Virus record (IMG/VR): IMGVR_UViG_3300035148_000158
Location: 1-51,096 of that record
Origin: a virus
Lineage: Duplodnaviria > Caudoviricetes
Length of the DNA: 51,096 bases
Reading direction: 5' to 3' (one strand)
Part shown: positions 27,264 through 37,258 of the stretch, piece after piece
Layout of the letters: each line of letters starts with the position of its first letter
How positions within the stretch are numbered: the stretch's first letter is position 1
Notes under the pieces: model-generated
Databases searched by the model: none
Told to the model about the DNA's origin: nothing
The model's input: only the letters and a program-made list of their open reading frames with translations
Made by a program: the position numbers and the translations under genes

Positions 27264-28462
27264 CGCCAAGGGCCGGTAAGGTCAACGCCCCACGCCCCGT
27301 AGGAAGAAGCGTGTACCGCGAGAACAAGCATCTTGCGCCACTCTTGCGTGTTCCAATTCCTCACTTGGATTTCCATCTGCCTGTTCTCATTCACGCCCGG
27401 AGCAAAGCCGGAGTTCAGCAACCCCGGGTAGATGCCACGAATGCCACCAGAACTGGTACCTACCAGCACGGGAAAGCCATACGCCCCTTGATCCACCGGA
27501 TTCGGATAGGTCAGGCTCGTACCCAAGTAGGTGCCCGAGTACATGCTACAAATAACACCCATTTCTCCCGGGTAAATGCCGTTCCAGCTACGGGCGAATT
27601 GAAGCTGGCAGGCCACCGTAGTGGAGAACGCCAAAGTTCCCATGTAGGAGGAGATGTAGGTGGTGTTGTCCATCGCGTTGGTAGCCCCTGCGATCCCCAA
27701 GCGACAGTGCATTCCGTAGCACCACGCATCCATTCCAGAAGGCGAAATCCAATCTCCGAAGTACTGAGGAATCCAGTACTTGGGGGCGGTCAAGTTCTCC
27801 GACTCCATAAAAAGGAAAAAGCCACGGTCGTCCCCCACAATGATGATGTTCTGGGGGTTGGTGTTGGCCGTATTGCGCCCCTTCTGGATGTAGCCCCAGC
27901 ACTGGACCTCATTGCCGACATCCACACTGGACATCGTGTCGTACACCTCCACCTTCACTGCTTTGCCAGTGAAGTTCGTGGCGGCCATCGACTCGTTCCG
28001 AGTGACGGTAATAGTGGCGGGGTCCTCAAAGCGGTAGTACGCACGAGGACTGAGCACGTTAGGCGAGCGAAACACCGACTTGTTGGTGCCGGTGTACACC
28101 TCGTCCCATCCCAGTGGAGCCACCTTGCAGGTGCCAGCGTTTGCCGTTCCCGGCGTGCCAGTCACCGTGAACGTGAACGTGTTCGCGCTGCCCGTGGGGA
28201 CAGTGATGGTGAACTCGCCGTTGTACTCCGTGATGCCGGTGCTCTCCAGCAGCAGGGTCTGCCCCGTGACGTAGTTGTGGGTGGTCGTCGTGGTGCAGGT
28301 GGCGGTCGACCCGCTACGGGTGATCGTGGAAACGGTCTTGGAGTTGAAACCGGTGTTCAGGCACGCCTTGATGATCGACAGCACCGAGTTGGCATTGTCG
28401 GGAATCCACGTACCCATCCCCGTGTGCAGGGCGGAGTTGAAGTACTTGACCTTGTTACTCAT
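27260..28462 (-). CDS. Tail fibre/receptor-binding protein, paralog 1
   Basis: Shared N-terminal module; ends GVDLTGPWR. Confidence 0.75.
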   Translation of the reverse strand: MSNKVKYFNSALHTGMGTWIPDNANSVLSIIKACLNTGFNSKTVSTITRSGSTATCTTTTTHNYVTGQTLLLESTGITEYNGEFTITVPTGSANTFTFTVTGTPGTANAGTCKVAPLGWDEVYTGTNKSVFRSPNVLSPRAYYRFEDPATITVTRNESMAATNFTGKAVKVEVYDTMSSVDVGNEVQCWGYIQKGRNTANTNPQNIIIVGDDRGFFLFMESENLTAPKYWIPQYFGDWISPSGMDAWCYGMHCRLGIAGATNAMDNTTYISSYMGTLAFSTTVACQLQFARSWNGIYPGEMGVICSMYSGTYLGTSLTYPNPVDQGAYGFPVLVGTSSGGIRGIYPGLLNSGFAPGVNENRQMEIQVRNWNTQEWRKMLVLAVHASSYGAWGVDLTGPWR

Positions 28463-28474
28463 GCTCTGGACTCC

Positions 28475-28492
28475 TGTGCACTTGAGTGCACG
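28475..28492. repeat. Dispersed palindrome copy 8, filling the gap between a stop codon and the next RBS
   Basis: TGTGCACTTGAGTGCACG. Confidence 0.95.
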
Positions 28493-31400
28493 TTACGCAT
28501 CGACGTCGCCGCGAACCTGCATCTGGAAGTAGTCCTGCGTCTCGCTGGCATCCCCCTGCTGAACCGTACGAGCTACCCAGATCGGGAAGTTCGCTGCGAC
28601 GGTATTGAAGCGCAGCGTGTTGCCGGAAGACCACCCGGCCCCCCACCCCAGAGCGTTCAGGCTGAAGTACGGCTGGCCCGTGTTGGGGTTGTTGGGGGTG
28701 AGGTTGGTCGAAGTATTGCCGGTGGCGATCAGGCCGACGTTCTCGCCAATCACGTTGAAGGTGGTGGAGCCGGTGAACACGATGGCCCACCGCTCTTGGA
28801 TGCAGTCCTTGTTCTCGACCGTGATCGGGTAGGTGATGTCGTTGAAGGTGCCGTTGGCGGACCCGCCCGACTGGGTATCGGACCAGACGTTGCTCCATGA
28901 GGCTTGGTCGAACACGTTCGTCACCCGAGCCGTCTGATCGCCCATGATCAGGGCCGTGGAGACGTAGCTGGTGTTGGCCGGGTAGGTGTGGCTGATCTGC
29001 CGGGTGAAGGCAAGGTCGCCCGTGATCTGCACATCAGCCAGCAGGGCCATGTCCTCGATGCGGTGCTCCACCTTGATCGGCGTGGTGTAGTCCCCCGGGA
29101 CGTAGCCTGCGGTGAGCGTCACCGTACCGGCATCCATGTCCACCGTGTAGTCGGAGGGGTCCACCGTCACAGGAGTTGCTGCGGAGTCGTACACCTTGAG
29201 GGCAGCGATCCGTTGGCGGCCCAGATTCAGCACATCCAACGCAACCGCGCCGGGGAACGAAGTCACCTGCGTGTTGTGGATGACCGCCACCTGACCGACT
29301 TGGAAGATCGGCACCCGCCCATCTTGCGGCAAGCGAACCGGATCGAGACCGAGGATGTCGGCATCCAGAGGGATGTACTGGGTGGCGACTGCGTTGTAGG
29401 TCAGGTCCGCCGCATTCACCTTGATCGGAAAACGCACATACCCGTTGGTGCCCGACACGGTGCTTCCCGGGTAGTTGGTCTCGATGGTGGTCAGCTCACC
29501 TGCCGTGTAGCCCGTGACGCGGCACCATGCTTGCAGCTTGGCCACGCCAGTCTCGTAGTTGATCGTCCCCGTGATGGCCGGATAGACCAGAATGTCGCCT
29601 CCCGGAGCAGCTTGCGTAGGAGTGGAGACGATGCCATTGGAGTCTGCCGTCGCCGCCACCGTTTGGGCGGTCAGGGCATAGTGCTCGTAGTCCGATCCCT
29701 TGAGAGAAAGGCCCGAGGGATAGCTGCCCGTCAGGAACGGGGCGTACCACTCGTATTCCTGTGCTGCGAAGTCGCAGTTGACTTGGAAGCTGCCGTTGAT
29801 GATGGGGGCCGAGCTGATCCGGAAGTGGGTCTTGTCCACCATCAGGGACGACAGTTGCGCCACCGAGGCCGTGAAACTGGGACGAGAGGTTCCTGCCACC
29901 CAGTCCGACAGGGAGATGATCCCGTTGTTGAGGTTCACGGTCCCGACGTTCGTACCCGTGTTGGTCATGATGTTGTGGTTCTTGTACACCACCCCAGCAC
30001 GGTCGTAGTACTTGTCCCCGCCCCACGTGAAGCGCACCGAACCGGAAACGATGGACCCCAGCTTGCCCAGCGAGCTGATGTCGATCTTCAGCGTGGTGAG
30101 GTTGATGCTGCCGGTCTGCGGAGTGTTGCCGATGGAGCCGGTGCAGTAATGCAACGTCCCCGTGGATGTCGTGATCGTACCGGTGCGGGTGTTGGTGACG
30201 TACCCGCTCCAGAAGTTGGTGGAGCCTTGGAAGTTGGGCTGCTCCACCATCACCGTGATGGTGGTGCCTCCGAACGTCACGATGCCCGTGCCGTAGTTGA
30301 TTGTGGCACCAGACACCACCGTCCCGTTATACAGCAGGCCACCGTTACCGTTGTCCGTGGTGCGAATCCACGTGAAGCCAGCGGTAGACGACGGGATCGA
30401 CTCCAGCACCCGGTAGTACTCCTTGCCGGGGAAGGCATAAGCCACCCCGTTCACCTCTGGGAGGACTTCTGAGGTGGAAACGGGAATGTACAGCTCGATG
30501 GTGCCCGGAATGATGTTAATCATCCCGAGGTTGATGGTGCGGGGGGAGCCGCTAGGCGTAGCACTACCTTGCTGGGTGGTGCTGGCGTTCGTCGTGTTGA
30601 TGGTGTAGTTGATCGCGGTGTTCTCGTTGGGGAATCCCGTCGCCCACACCTTCACCGTTCCGCTGGAGTAGTCGATCTTCCCAGAGGCATACCCCGTCAG
30701 GTTGCCGTTGCCGTCGTCCGTCACCGTACGCGCCACCCCGTCATTCCACGTGATACTGATCGTGCCGGGAACAATGGCCTTCCCCGGGAGGGGAGTGATT
30801 TCGAAGTACGGGGTCACGTTGGTGGGCGAGCTGATCGTGCGGTAGCCCTGATTGGCTTGCCCCGCATACCAGAGGATGTCGCTGCCCACATCCGGGAGAG
30901 CGCCCAACGTCACCGAGGCCGTGCCGGTGGCGTAGTTGATCGTGCCGGAACCGATGTTGGAGTCAGCGTTGGTGAGGCCGCCCGTGCCGTTGTCGTAGAG
31001 GTCGTACCAGCGACCTTGTGCCCGGTAGGAGACCATCACCGCACCGGGAGAGGGCTTTTCCGGGAACGTGTAGTTCCACACGTAGGCCCGATTGATCACC
31101 GTGACCGGAGACGAGTTCGTGAAGGCTGCCGAATTCGGGTAGGCCGCCCCCTTGTAGGTGAACGTCGTCGTTCCCGAGTAGGAAGGCGAGCCGTCCTTGA
31201 ACTGGATTGCCCCCGTGCGGTAATCGATGGTTGCCACCGCAGTGGAGCCGTCCTTCAGCTCCCCAGCTTGATCCGTAAAGTTGGTCGAGCCGTTGACTGC
31301 CGTCAGAGAGCCGGGATAGATCGGCCCCGGAAGGGTCACCACATCTCCCGCGTCCAGCGTGGTGCTGGTGGCGTACACCTCGTCACTGCCCGTGACCGTG

Positions 31401-32254
31401 CTCTGGATGGCCGAAGACAGCACCGTGGCCCCCTCCACATCCACCAGCGGGACTTCGACGTTTCCAGAGGGCACGAGCTGCGTGAAGATGTCGCCCACCT
31501 TGGCCGTGGTGTCCCCGAGGTCCACCTGTTCCGTGAGCTTGGTGATCCCGTAGTACACCGCAGCGTTGGCCACCACCGTGGAGCGTGCCCATGCCCGGAC
31601 ACCCGGGTAGTTGTCGTACGGCAGCGGATCGGGGCCGAAGTAGTCGTCCCGCAGGGCATCCCCGAACTCGTAGATGATCAGGTCGGCGTCGTACGTGTAC
31701 ATGGCGGAGTTCCACACCACCGTGTACGTCTGCCGGGTGATCGTGCGCTTGGTGATCCGGATGAACTGGCTCTTTTCTCCTGCCAGCCCCTCGTCGTTCA
31801 CGAGCACGAGAGCATCACCCACATCGGGGTAGACCCGCCCGAGACGGAAGATCATGGCAATCGACTTCTGGCCAGCGAGCTGGGTGCCGAGGAGCTGGCC
31901 CGACAGGCGGGGACCCCGGGCGAGATAGGACTCCATGCGGGAGCGGGCGTCAGTGCGAACGTCTGCCCAATCTTCCGTGCTGAACAGGGTGACCGACACA
32001 TTCGGGTCCGCCGGGGGCTTCGTGATGATGGCGTGCGATCCGAGGTAGGTGTCCACGTTGTCCGTGTTGACCGCCGCGAACACCTTGCGGAGAGCCACGC
32101 GCCCGTAGGTGCGGTCCAGTTCCGAGATGTCGGGGAACATGTTGTTCTCCACCCCGTCCACCACCTCGTTGGCCGTGATCATGCCGCCACCGTCAGTGGT
32201 GTCGAGCATCACCTGTGACTTGAACAACCGGATGTCACCCGCAAGGATTGCCAT
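28493..32254 (-). CDS. Large tail-tip/baseplate virion protein (1253 aa)
   Basis: N-terminal DGGG...NNMFPDISELDRTYGRV.LRKVF and repeated D.G.G...G.I.Y.TG beta modules. Confidence 0.8.
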   Translation of the reverse strand: MAILAGDIRLFKSQVMLDTTDGGGMITANEVVDGVENNMFPDISELDRTYGRVALRKVFAAVNTDNVDTYLGSHAIITKPPADPNVSVTLFSTEDWADVRTDARSRMESYLARGPRLSGQLLGTQLAGQKSIAMIFRLGRVYPDVGDALVLVNDEGLAGEKSQFIRITKRTITRQTYTVVWNSAMYTYDADLIIYEFGDALRDDYFGPDPLPYDNYPGVRAWARSTVVANAAVYYGITKLTEQVDLGDTTAKVGDIFTQLVPSGNVEVPLVDVEGATVLSSAIQSTVTGSDEVYATSTTLDAGDVVTLPGPIYPGSLTAVNGSTNFTDQAGELKDGSTAVATIDYRTGAIQFKDGSPSYSGTTTFTYKGAAYPNSAAFTNSSPVTVINRAYVWNYTFPEKPSPGAVMVSYRAQGRWYDLYDNGTGGLTNADSNIGSGTINYATGTASVTLGALPDVGSDILWYAGQANQGYRTISSPTNVTPYFEITPLPGKAIVPGTISITWNDGVARTVTDDGNGNLTGYASGKIDYSSGTVKVWATGFPNENTAINYTINTTNASTTQQGSATPSGSPRTINLGMINIIPGTIELYIPVSTSEVLPEVNGVAYAFPGKEYYRVLESIPSSTAGFTWIRTTDNGNGGLLYNGTVVSGATINYGTGIVTFGGTTITVMVEQPNFQGSTNFWSGYVTNTRTGTITTSTGTLHYCTGSIGNTPQTGSINLTTLKIDISSLGKLGSIVSGSVRFTWGGDKYYDRAGVVYKNHNIMTNTGTNVGTVNLNNGIISLSDWVAGTSRPSFTASVAQLSSLMVDKTHFRISSAPIINGSFQVNCDFAAQEYEWYAPFLTGSYPSGLSLKGSDYEHYALTAQTVAATADSNGIVSTPTQAAPGGDILVYPAITGTINYETGVAKLQAWCRVTGYTAGELTTIETNYPGSTVSGTNGYVRFPIKVNAADLTYNAVATQYIPLDADILGLDPVRLPQDGRVPIFQVGQVAVIHNTQVTSFPGAVALDVLNLGRQRIAALKVYDSAATPVTVDPSDYTVDMDAGTVTLTAGYVPGDYTTPIKVEHRIEDMALLADVQITGDLAFTRQISHTYPANTSYVSTALIMGDQTARVTNVFDQASWSNVWSDTQSGGSANGTFNDITYPITVENKDCIQERWAIVFTGSTTFNVIGENVGLIATGNTSTNLTPNNPNTGQPYFSLNALGWGAGWSSGNTLRFNTVAANFPIWVARTVQQGDASETQDYFQMQVRGDVDA

Positions 32255-32264
32255 GAGCTACTCC

Positions 32265-32282
32265 TGTGCACTCAAGTGCACT
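32265..32282. repeat. Dispersed palindrome copy 9, overlapping a stop codon and abutting an RBS
   Basis: TGTGCACTCAAGTGCACT. Confidence 0.95.
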
Positions 32283-32709
32283 ACTCTGCTTCCACGAAAC
32301 GAAGGATGATCCTGTACCAGTCATCATCCGCGTGCTGGGGGAATCCCTTGACGGGATCGGCTTCGATGGCACCGGCCTCATGCCTGAATACCACCACAAA
32401 CTGCCTAGAATCGGTGGGATATTCTAGCACCAGCTTGAACCTCCGTTTTGGAGTGCTGGCCCAGTCCCGGAGCTTGGTAGCCGTTGCCCGGGACACCCAT
32501 GCCATGTCTGTCTGCGGTTGAAGCGTGATGGGTCGCCCGAGGAGCTTCGATGCCGTCTCGATCACCAATGCTCCGGTGAGTGCGTAGGTGGGCTTGCTCA
32601 CCGCCGGGACCCACTTCATCTCGTCCACCCAGAACATGTCATCGGGCAGCGTCACCGTGTCCAATACGGTCGTTGCCCCGGGGGTAGTACCTAGATCATG
32701 GAGCTTCAT
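32281..32709 (-). CDS. Distal-tail-like virion protein
   Basis: Immediately after the tape measure gene; LPDDMFWVDE..W...LTGALVI...GRPITL. Confidence 0.7.
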   Translation of the reverse strand: MKLHDLGTTPGATTVLDTVTLPDDMFWVDEMKWVPAVSKPTYALTGALVIETASKLLGRPITLQPQTDMAWVSRATATKLRDWASTPKRRFKLVLEYPTDSRQFVVVFRHEAGAIEADPVKGFPQHADDDWYRIILRFVEAE

Positions 32710-35700
32710 GCTGCGGTTCCTTGAGCATCTGCCAGCAGGCCGAGGAGGGCGTCCTCATCCCCACTGTTGACGGCTGCCGACACCTTCTTGCCCCCCGAGG
32801 AGAACTCTACCTTCACCACCTTCTCCACCGGCTTGCCGAAGAAGGCGTTCTCCCCTTCCGGTTTCTTGCCTCCGAACCCGGCCGCGATTTCAGCAGCAGA
32901 GGCATTCAGGAGACGGTTGGCAATCGACCCGGGCTGTCCCACCCCTCCGGTGGCAAAGCCACCGAGGATGCGTTGCTGGGCCGTGAGACCCGCATTGGGA
33001 TCACCACCACGAGCACCTCCCGTGAGGGGTTGCGCCCCCACGCCCAGACCCAGACCCCCGCCCGTGGACCCACCGTCGTCGGCGTAGGCGGCCTTCTCCT
33101 TCTTGATCTGGTCCATCCGCTCGTCGTGGGTCTTCTGCTGCTCCGCCCGTTGCGACTCTTCGGACTTCCGGCGTTCAGCTTCAGCACGCCGAGCCTGCTC
33201 CAGCTCGATCTGCTCCAGCTTGTCCAGATCAGACACAGCCTGACGGTAGCCTTGCCGAACCTGATTCAGGTAGGCAGCCAGATCAGCCGCCGCGTCACTC
33301 AGTCCAGCCGCCTTGGCTTGGATGATGGCCGCCTGAATCTTGATTTCCAGCAGGCGTTCTTCGATGGCGAGCTGCTGCTTCCGGCCGATGTAGTTCAGCC
33401 GGATGGCTTCCTGCTCTTGGCCTTGGGCGCGAAGGAGCTGCTCACGAATCCCGTTGACCGAGTTCATGAAGGCCAGCGCAGATTCCTTGGCCCCCCGAGC
33501 GGCATCCCTCGCCTGTTCCGACACCCGAGCCATGGCAGCGGCCCACGCATCCGATCCGGAGACCGCCGTCTGGGTCGCCGCAGCTCCATCCACGATGGCT
33601 TCCGCCGCCGAGGTGGCTCCGCTGAAGACCCGCTCCATGCCAGCCGCCCAGCGCTCTGCCTCCTCGCGGTCGGCCTTCATCCGCTTGCCAGTCTCGACCA
33701 TGTCGTCGTAGAACTTGGCTTGCGTGTTCAGGAGCTGGAACCACTCCTGAAGCCCGTAGTCGAGCTGCCGGGTCACCTGCATCCACTCTGCATGCAGTCG
33801 CTCCGCTTCCTTGGCCGCGTCCGCAGTGGTCGCTCCTGAGGCCTCCAGCAGGTCGTTCATCATGCCCACGGAGTAGCCCGCCGCCCCCACCGACTCCCCG
33901 AACTTCTTCATGGAGGGGTCGATGTCGTCCGCTTCCTGACCGGCCTTGGCGAGGTTCTCCTGAATCCGGCGGGCTTCGTCCGCAGAGTCGGCCAGCTCGT
34001 TGGTCACTTGCTGCTGGATGGCGACGTTCTCGGAGGTCTGCTGCACCACTTGCTGGGCACTACGGACCCGGTCTTCCTGCATTTCCAGTTGGCTACGCAG
34101 GGACTCGTTGTCCTTGTCCCGCGACAGGGCCATGGCAATCCGTTCCTTCTCGTTCGTCTCGTAGACGAGCTGAGAATTGGCAATGGCTTCCTGCCCGCGA
34201 CGACGCTCCAGCTCGACGTTGGCCCTCGCCACCGCTTGCTGGGCCTTGGCCACTTCCACGCCCTGCTTGGCCGCTGCCGTGCCTTCCTTGCGGTACTTGA
34301 CCATGGCCTCTTCGACGTCGGCCGTGGCCTGAATCTCCTGCCGCTCCGCCTTGCGCACCTCGCGCATGGCATTGGCCACGCCTTGACTGGCGTCGAACTG
34401 GGCCTTCTGGGCCTTGGCCAGCCGCTCAGCTTCTTCCTTCGCTCCGGAGATGGCGTCCCGAACCTCACGGAAGGCCTGCGACATGCGGGTGCCGCTGATC
34501 ACCCCCGCCTCTCCGGCGGCCTGCACATCCTTCTTGAGCTGTTCGAACTTCTCGCGGGTATTGGCGGCCTTGAGCTGGGAAGCGAACAGCTCCTCCCACT
34601 TCTCCTTGGTGGCCTCCAGAGCGTTGCGGAACCCGTCTTCCCCGAGCTTGGCCTTCACCTCGTTGTCGTTGATGGCCGCGAAGTAGGCCTGCACCTCCTT
34701 CAGCGAAGAGGCGGCAGTGATCTTGATGTCGAACACCTTCCGCACCTCTTCCGAGGTGGTGGCAGCGCTCTTGGCGTACTTGGAGAAGGACAGGATGGCA
34801 CTGTTGACGGCCTTGTCCAGTTGCCCCCTCGACTGCTCAGCGGAGACACCCATCTCCTTCAGGGCATCGGACACCTCGTCCTTGATCACATCCCCCACCC
34901 CGTCGAACTTCTTCGACAGCTTCTCCACCTCTTCGGAGTAGAGCTTTCCGGACATCCCAGCCTGAAGCATCTCGTTCTTGAGCTGCTGGGTGATGCGCAT
35001 GAACTCGTTGCTGCTGATTTCCCCCTTCTTGAACTGCTGGGTCAGCATGGAGATGGCGAGGTCGAAGTTCTTGAACTCCTCCGTGGGAGTGTACTTGCCC
35101 TCCGCCACCTTGTTCTTGGCTTCCTCCAGCCGACGGATGTAGTTGGCCATGGCCGTGTCGCCACGGACGAAGGCGTCCCGTACGGCATCGGACTTGGCTT
35201 GGCTCTCCGCCCCAAACTTGCGGTATTCGGCAGAGGCCTCGCGCAGCTTGTCGGCCAGCCCACCGAACCCGGCCTTGCCTGCGAGGTTGGCCGCCGCTTC
35301 CGAGAGCTGGGCCAGCCCCTCGCTCATCAGGGCCATGAGGGAGAAGAACAGGCCCTTGATGAAGGTGATCCCATCACGGATGGCCGCCACCCCCAGCCCC
35401 ATGATTTCGAAAATCTGGTTCAGGAGCTTGCCGTCTTCCGCTGCGTTGGCGAGACCCTCGCCCATGCCGAAGATGTCTTGGACGAGGTTGGCAACCTCCT
35501 CCGCCATGGCCGCGAAGCCCTCGGTGGATCGGGCGATCACCTCCGCGATGTATTCGAACACCGCGCCAACCCGGTCGGCCACCCCGGACACTGCCGCCCC
35601 GAGACGCTCCGCGAAGGTAGAGCCGGAGACGAACTCGTTCACCAGAGCCTTCATGCGGTCCAGCACCCGATTGGCCGCATCGAGGATGCCCTTCCACGCC

Positions 35701-36572
35701 GGGAGGAGCTGGTTGCCGAGAGACACAGCCACCGCTTGGGTGGCATCCTTGAGCTGGTTGGTCTTGGCGAAGACCGTGTCGGCCGCCTTGGCCGCCGCGC
35801 CTTGCTGCTTGGCCATCTGCTCCGTGGCAGCGTTCAGCAGGGCTTGCTTCTTCTCGGCGTCGGACAGGAGCCGGGGGGCCTGCCCCAGCTTCTCAAGGTA
35901 CTTCTGCTCCGCCTCCTCCGTGTTGATGATGATGCCGTAGCGCTTGAGGAGGCGCATGTTGCCCATTTCGATGGCACGGGCAATGTCTTGGAAGACCTCG
36001 TCCTCGTCCTTGCCTGCCGCTACCGCAAGGTCCTTCGCCCCCTGTGCCAGTTGCTGGGCAGCAGTGAGACCGTCCTTGGAGGTCTCAGCAAGGTCGACCC
36101 CCGCCCGGGCGAGACGAATCAGCCCCTCGTAGGTGTCGCCTTCGGCAATGCCGATGGCCTGCACGCCTTCGGCAATGGTCTTGAGCTGCTCCGTGGCGTA
36201 GCCAGCGTTCTCGCCCACCGTCTGGAAGGCGAGGGAGAGCCGCTCGACATTGGCGGCCTCATTGACCAGTTGCTTGAGGCCTTGGATGCCCAACAGGGCG
36301 ACGAAGCTCTTGGCGACAAAAGACACAGCCTTGGCCAGCCCTTCCGCTTCCTTGCGGAGGGCCTCCATGTCGTCCCCGAGCTTCTTGAGGTTGCCACCGG
36401 ACCGCTGGACCGTGTTGTTGGTGTTGTCCAGCTCTTCATTGGCGTTCTTGGTCTGATCGCCCGTGTTCTGAGTGGAGTCGCCAAGCCCCTTGATGGCATT
36501 GGTCAACTCCGTGAGGGCTTCGATGCCCTCCACGAGTGCACGGATTTTCAGTTCAAGATTGCTTTCAGCCAT
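32706..36572 (-). CDS. Tape measure protein
   Basis: 1288 aa, Ala-rich and helical, following the tail chaperones. Confidence 0.92.
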   Translation of the reverse strand: MAESNLELKIRALVEGIEALTELTNAIKGLGDSTQNTGDQTKNANEELDNTNNTVQRSGGNLKKLGDDMEALRKEAEGLAKAVSFVAKSFVALLGIQGLKQLVNEAANVERLSLAFQTVGENAGYATEQLKTIAEGVQAIGIAEGDTYEGLIRLARAGVDLAETSKDGLTAAQQLAQGAKDLAVAAGKDEDEVFQDIARAIEMGNMRLLKRYGIIINTEEAEQKYLEKLGQAPRLLSDAEKKQALLNAATEQMAKQQGAAAKAADTVFAKTNQLKDATQAVAVSLGNQLLPAWKGILDAANRVLDRMKALVNEFVSGSTFAERLGAAVSGVADRVGAVFEYIAEVIARSTEGFAAMAEEVANLVQDIFGMGEGLANAAEDGKLLNQIFEIMGLGVAAIRDGITFIKGLFFSLMALMSEGLAQLSEAAANLAGKAGFGGLADKLREASAEYRKFGAESQAKSDAVRDAFVRGDTAMANYIRRLEEAKNKVAEGKYTPTEEFKNFDLAISMLTQQFKKGEISSNEFMRITQQLKNEMLQAGMSGKLYSEEVEKLSKKFDGVGDVIKDEVSDALKEMGVSAEQSRGQLDKAVNSAILSFSKYAKSAATTSEEVRKVFDIKITAASSLKEVQAYFAAINDNEVKAKLGEDGFRNALEATKEKWEELFASQLKAANTREKFEQLKKDVQAAGEAGVISGTRMSQAFREVRDAISGAKEEAERLAKAQKAQFDASQGVANAMREVRKAERQEIQATADVEEAMVKYRKEGTAAAKQGVEVAKAQQAVARANVELERRRGQEAIANSQLVYETNEKERIAMALSRDKDNESLRSQLEMQEDRVRSAQQVVQQTSENVAIQQQVTNELADSADEARRIQENLAKAGQEADDIDPSMKKFGESVGAAGYSVGMMNDLLEASGATTADAAKEAERLHAEWMQVTRQLDYGLQEWFQLLNTQAKFYDDMVETGKRMKADREEAERWAAGMERVFSGATSAAEAIVDGAAATQTAVSGSDAWAAAMARVSEQARDAARGAKESALAFMNSVNGIREQLLRAQGQEQEAIRLNYIGRKQQLAIEERLLEIKIQAAIIQAKAAGLSDAAADLAAYLNQVRQGYRQAVSDLDKLEQIELEQARRAEAERRKSEESQRAEQQKTHDERMDQIKKEKAAYADDGGSTGGGLGLGVGAQPLTGGARGGDPNAGLTAQQRILGGFATGGVGQPGSIANRLLNASAAEIAAGFGGKKPEGENAFFGKPVEKVVKVEFSSGGKKVSAAVNSGDEDALLGLLADAQGTAA

Positions 36573-36578
36573 GATTTC

Positions 36579-36872
36579 CTACTTGGCCAAGTCGTCTAGG
36601 TACCGGTTGATCGCATCCTCGTTCCCTCGATGTGCGACAAATTCTAGGTGGAATTGCTCCGCCGAGCGACCTCGCTGAATCCTCCCGACTCCCTTCGTGA
36701 AGGCCACGAAGGTGCCGAAGGGATACTCTAGGATGTCGGCGTAGCGGTGTCCTTCGGAGATGAGGTGCTGGAGGGCAACTGCCCACGAGTATTTCTGCCC
36801 ACCTCTTTCACGACGCCGCTTATGGCTGCCGTCGCCTGTAACAACGACGGGAGCACGTTCTGGACGAAAAAA
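36579..36872 (-). CDS. Tail assembly chaperone GT, -1 frameshift extension
   Basis: Slippery T-TTT-TTC at 36866-36872; the -1 frame is open to TAG at 36579 (...YSWAVALQHLISEGHRYADILEYPF...LAK). Confidence 0.75.
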   Translation of the reverse strand, partial: FFRPERAPVVVTGDGSHKRRRERGGQKYSWAVALQHLISEGHRYADILEYPFGTFVAFTKGVGRIQRGRSAEQFHLEFVAHRGNEDAINRYLDDLAK

Positions 36873-37180
36873 TCGAGGTTCACCTCAAGCACCGTGACGA
36901 AGAGATTGATGCCGTCCGGGACATCGAGGTTGTCGACCCAGTCGCGGGACTTCTTGGTGCAGATGGCGATCAGGTCGAGAATGTCGTCGGTGTGTTCCAT
37001 GAACAGCACCTTCGGATCGAACTTCCCGTCCTCTACCGCAGGCAGAAGACGGTGCGACACCCGGAGCACATCCGGGAGCTGGCCCACCTTGATCTGGTTC
37101 ACCAGCACGGTTTCCTGCTGACCATCGACAGTAACGGTGACCGTCACTGGAGACGGAATGACCTTCTCCAAATCAGACAT
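36728..37180 (-). CDS. Tail assembly chaperone G
   Basis: Between the tail tube and tape measure genes; LEVNLDFF. Confidence 0.8.
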   Translation of the reverse strand: MSDLEKVIPSPVTVTVTVDGQQETVLVNQIKVGQLPDVLRVSHRLLPAVEDGKFDPKVLFMEHTDDILDLIAICTKKSRDWVDNLDVPDGINLFVTVLEVNLDFFVQNVLPSLLQATAAISGVVKEVGRNTRGQLPSSTSSPKDTATPTS

Positions 37181-37190
37181 GCTCTCTCCA

Positions 37191-37222
37191 TGAAGAATGG
37201 GGGGACGGTTGCCCGCCCCCCC
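37191..37222 (-). terminator. Probable terminator after the major tail gene
   Basis: G-rich/C-rich stem followed by ATTCTTCA on the minus strand. Confidence 0.55.
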
Positions 37223-37258
37223 GAGTATCACCTACGCGCCCAAGGGCGGCAAGCTCGA

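Noticed and set aside
23591-28462. Diversity-generating retroelement or invertible shufflon acting on the fibre genes
   Set aside because: No reverse transcriptase or invertase in the window, all paralogs are co-oriented and full length, and I saw no adenine-specific TR/VR pair
36527-36543. Isolated GTGCAC half-sites (also near 3846, 6258, 11181, 41704)
   Set aside because: Single hexamers are expected by chance and lack the second arm
34008-36599. 863-aa plus-strand ORF and other long plus-strand ORFs (e.g. 40612..42456, 30569..32218)
   Set aside because: They are antisense shadows of GC-biased minus-strand genes with no recognisable motifs
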